Origin: Acidimicrobiia bacterium
Lineage (GTDB): Bacteria; Actinomycetota; Acidimicrobiia; IMCC26256; JAENVU01
NCBI GenBank assembly: GCA_046598395.1
Contig: JBKJIQ010000025.1
Coordinates: 1,668-65,667, forward strand
Direction: 5' to 3'
DNA length: 64,000 bases
The notes beneath the pieces were generated by a model. It saw nothing but the letters and a program-made list of their open reading frames with translations. It had not been told where the DNA came from and made no database searches. Both the position numbers and the translations under genes were made by a program. This document shows positions 62,983-64,000 of the stretch, piece by piece; within the stretch, counting starts at the first letter, position 1, and the number at the start of each line of letters is the position of its first letter.

Positions 62983-64000
62983 CGCGGCGCGGATTCGACG
63001 CGACCGACGTGTATCCGCTCGAAGTCGATGGCGAGAAGGTCGTCGATGGCCACGGGAGCAGAAAAGAGATACCCCTGCCCCAGCGTGCACCCGAGGTCCT
63101 GGAGGACCTTCAGCTGACGGTGAGTTTCGATGCCTTCGGCGATCACCTCGAGGCCCAGCCCGTGCGCGAGGCCGATGATGCCCGCCACAATGGTCACGTT
63201 CGCGCCGTCGGCGCCGATCTCACTCGTGAAGGACTTATCGATCTTCACCACGTCGACCGGGAGCCGACGGAGATAGCTGAGCGACGAGTACCCCGTCCCG
63301 AAGTCATCGATGGCCAGGCGCAGACCGAGGTCGCGCAGGGCCTGGAGCGTGGCAATGGCAGTCTCGACTTCGTCGAGCACCGCACTCTCGGTGATCTCGA
63401 TACAGAGCCGTTCGGGCGCGACCCCCCGCGCGGTCAGGTGGTCGCGGACTGCGTCGACCAGATCCGGTTGCGCGAGTTCGCGCGGCGATACGTTCATCGC
63501 GATGGTGGGAACCAGGGATTCCGGGAGGTCGCTGAGCGCGCCGATCACCAAATCAAGCACCTGCCGGCCGATTGGCACGATCAGGCCGGACGCCTCGGCG
63601 GCCGGAAGGAACTCGTCGGGCGCCAAGGATCCGCGCACCGGGTGGTGCCAACGGACGAGCGCCTCGGTGCCGACGAGTCGACCGGTTGCCAGCTCGACCA
63701 CTGGTTGATAGCGGAGGAAGAGTTGGTGTCGTTCGATGGCTCGATGGAGGTCGGTCTCGATCTCGAGCGCGGCTGCGGTCGCGGTGCGCAGGACATCGTC
63801 GAAGACTTCGTAGCGGTTGCGACCGCGTTCCTTGGCTCGGTACGCGGCCGCGTCGGCGTTTCTGAGGAGGTCGCCGGCATCGCAGCGGTCGTCGGCCAGC
63901 GCGATTCCAATGCTGGCGCTCACGAAGACTGTACGGCCGGCGATGGTGAACGGGTCGCGCAATACCTCGGCGATCCGCCGAGCGATCGCTTCGGCATCTC
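62979..64000 (-). CDS. GGDEF-EAL protein, 5' part outside the window
   Basis: EAL-domain motifs EALVRW, EITES, DDFGTGYSS, KIDKSF, EGIET and QGYLFS. The frame stays open upstream of the track M to the window edge (...DAEAIARRIAEVLRDPFTIAG). Confidence 0.9.
   Translation of the reverse strand, partial: DAEAIARRIAEVLRDPFTIAGRTVFVSASIGIALADDRCDAGDLLRNADAAAYRAKERGRNRYEVFDDVLRTATAAALEIETDLHRAIERHQLFLRYQPVVELATGRLVGTEALVRWHHPVRGSLAPDEFLPAAEASGLIVPIGRQVLDLVIGALSDLPESLVPTIAMNVSPRELAQPDLVDAVRDHLTARGVAPERLCIEITESAVLDEVETAIATLQALRDLGLRLAIDDFGTGYSSLSYLRRLPVDVVKIDKSFTSEIGADGANVTIVAGIIGLAHGLGLEVIAEGIETHRQLKVLQDLGCTLGQGYLFSAPVAIDDLLAIDFERIHVGRVESAPR

Overview
GC-rich chromosomal segment with actinobacterial gene content and synteny: comF-hpf-secA-prfB-ftsE-ftsX, mec-cysO-cysM, murI-MBL-rph-rdgB, a mycothiol-type DinB enzyme and an F420-type LLM oxidoreductase. 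An Acidimicrobiia-like lineage is my inference only. I call about 65 protein genes, one tmRNA (ssrA, minus strand, 46497-46850) and one tRNA-Leu(UAG) (minus strand, 60201-60281). Many neighbouring genes overlap start on stop (ATGA or GTGA), which suggests translationally coupled operons. I saw no transposase, integrase, CRISPR array, restriction or toxin-antitoxin module, or other defence-island hallmark, so most of the window looks like core genome. No single locus convincingly qualifies as a new biological system. The observations most worth a second look are listed here. (1) A patch of decayed gene fragments directly 3' of ssrA. (2) An 84-nt mini-ORF made of three perfect 15-nt repeats that bridges rph and rdgB with ATGA overlaps at both ends. 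(3) Several uncharacterised exported beta-propeller or repeat proteins: a Kelch plus YVTN lipoprotein pair, a YVTN gene coupled to AKR-ssuD, and a CAP-domain protein with DGFGG repeats. (4) Tandem GGDEF-EAL paralogues next to the tRNA-Leu gene. (5) A phosphatidylcholine-synthase-like gene and a FlgM-like small ORF in unexpected contexts. (6) smpB-ssrA displaced and inverted relative to ftsEX. All protein family calls come from motif recognition by eye or memory, not from database searches. Most long ORFs in the track are antisense or off-frame artefacts of the high GC content.
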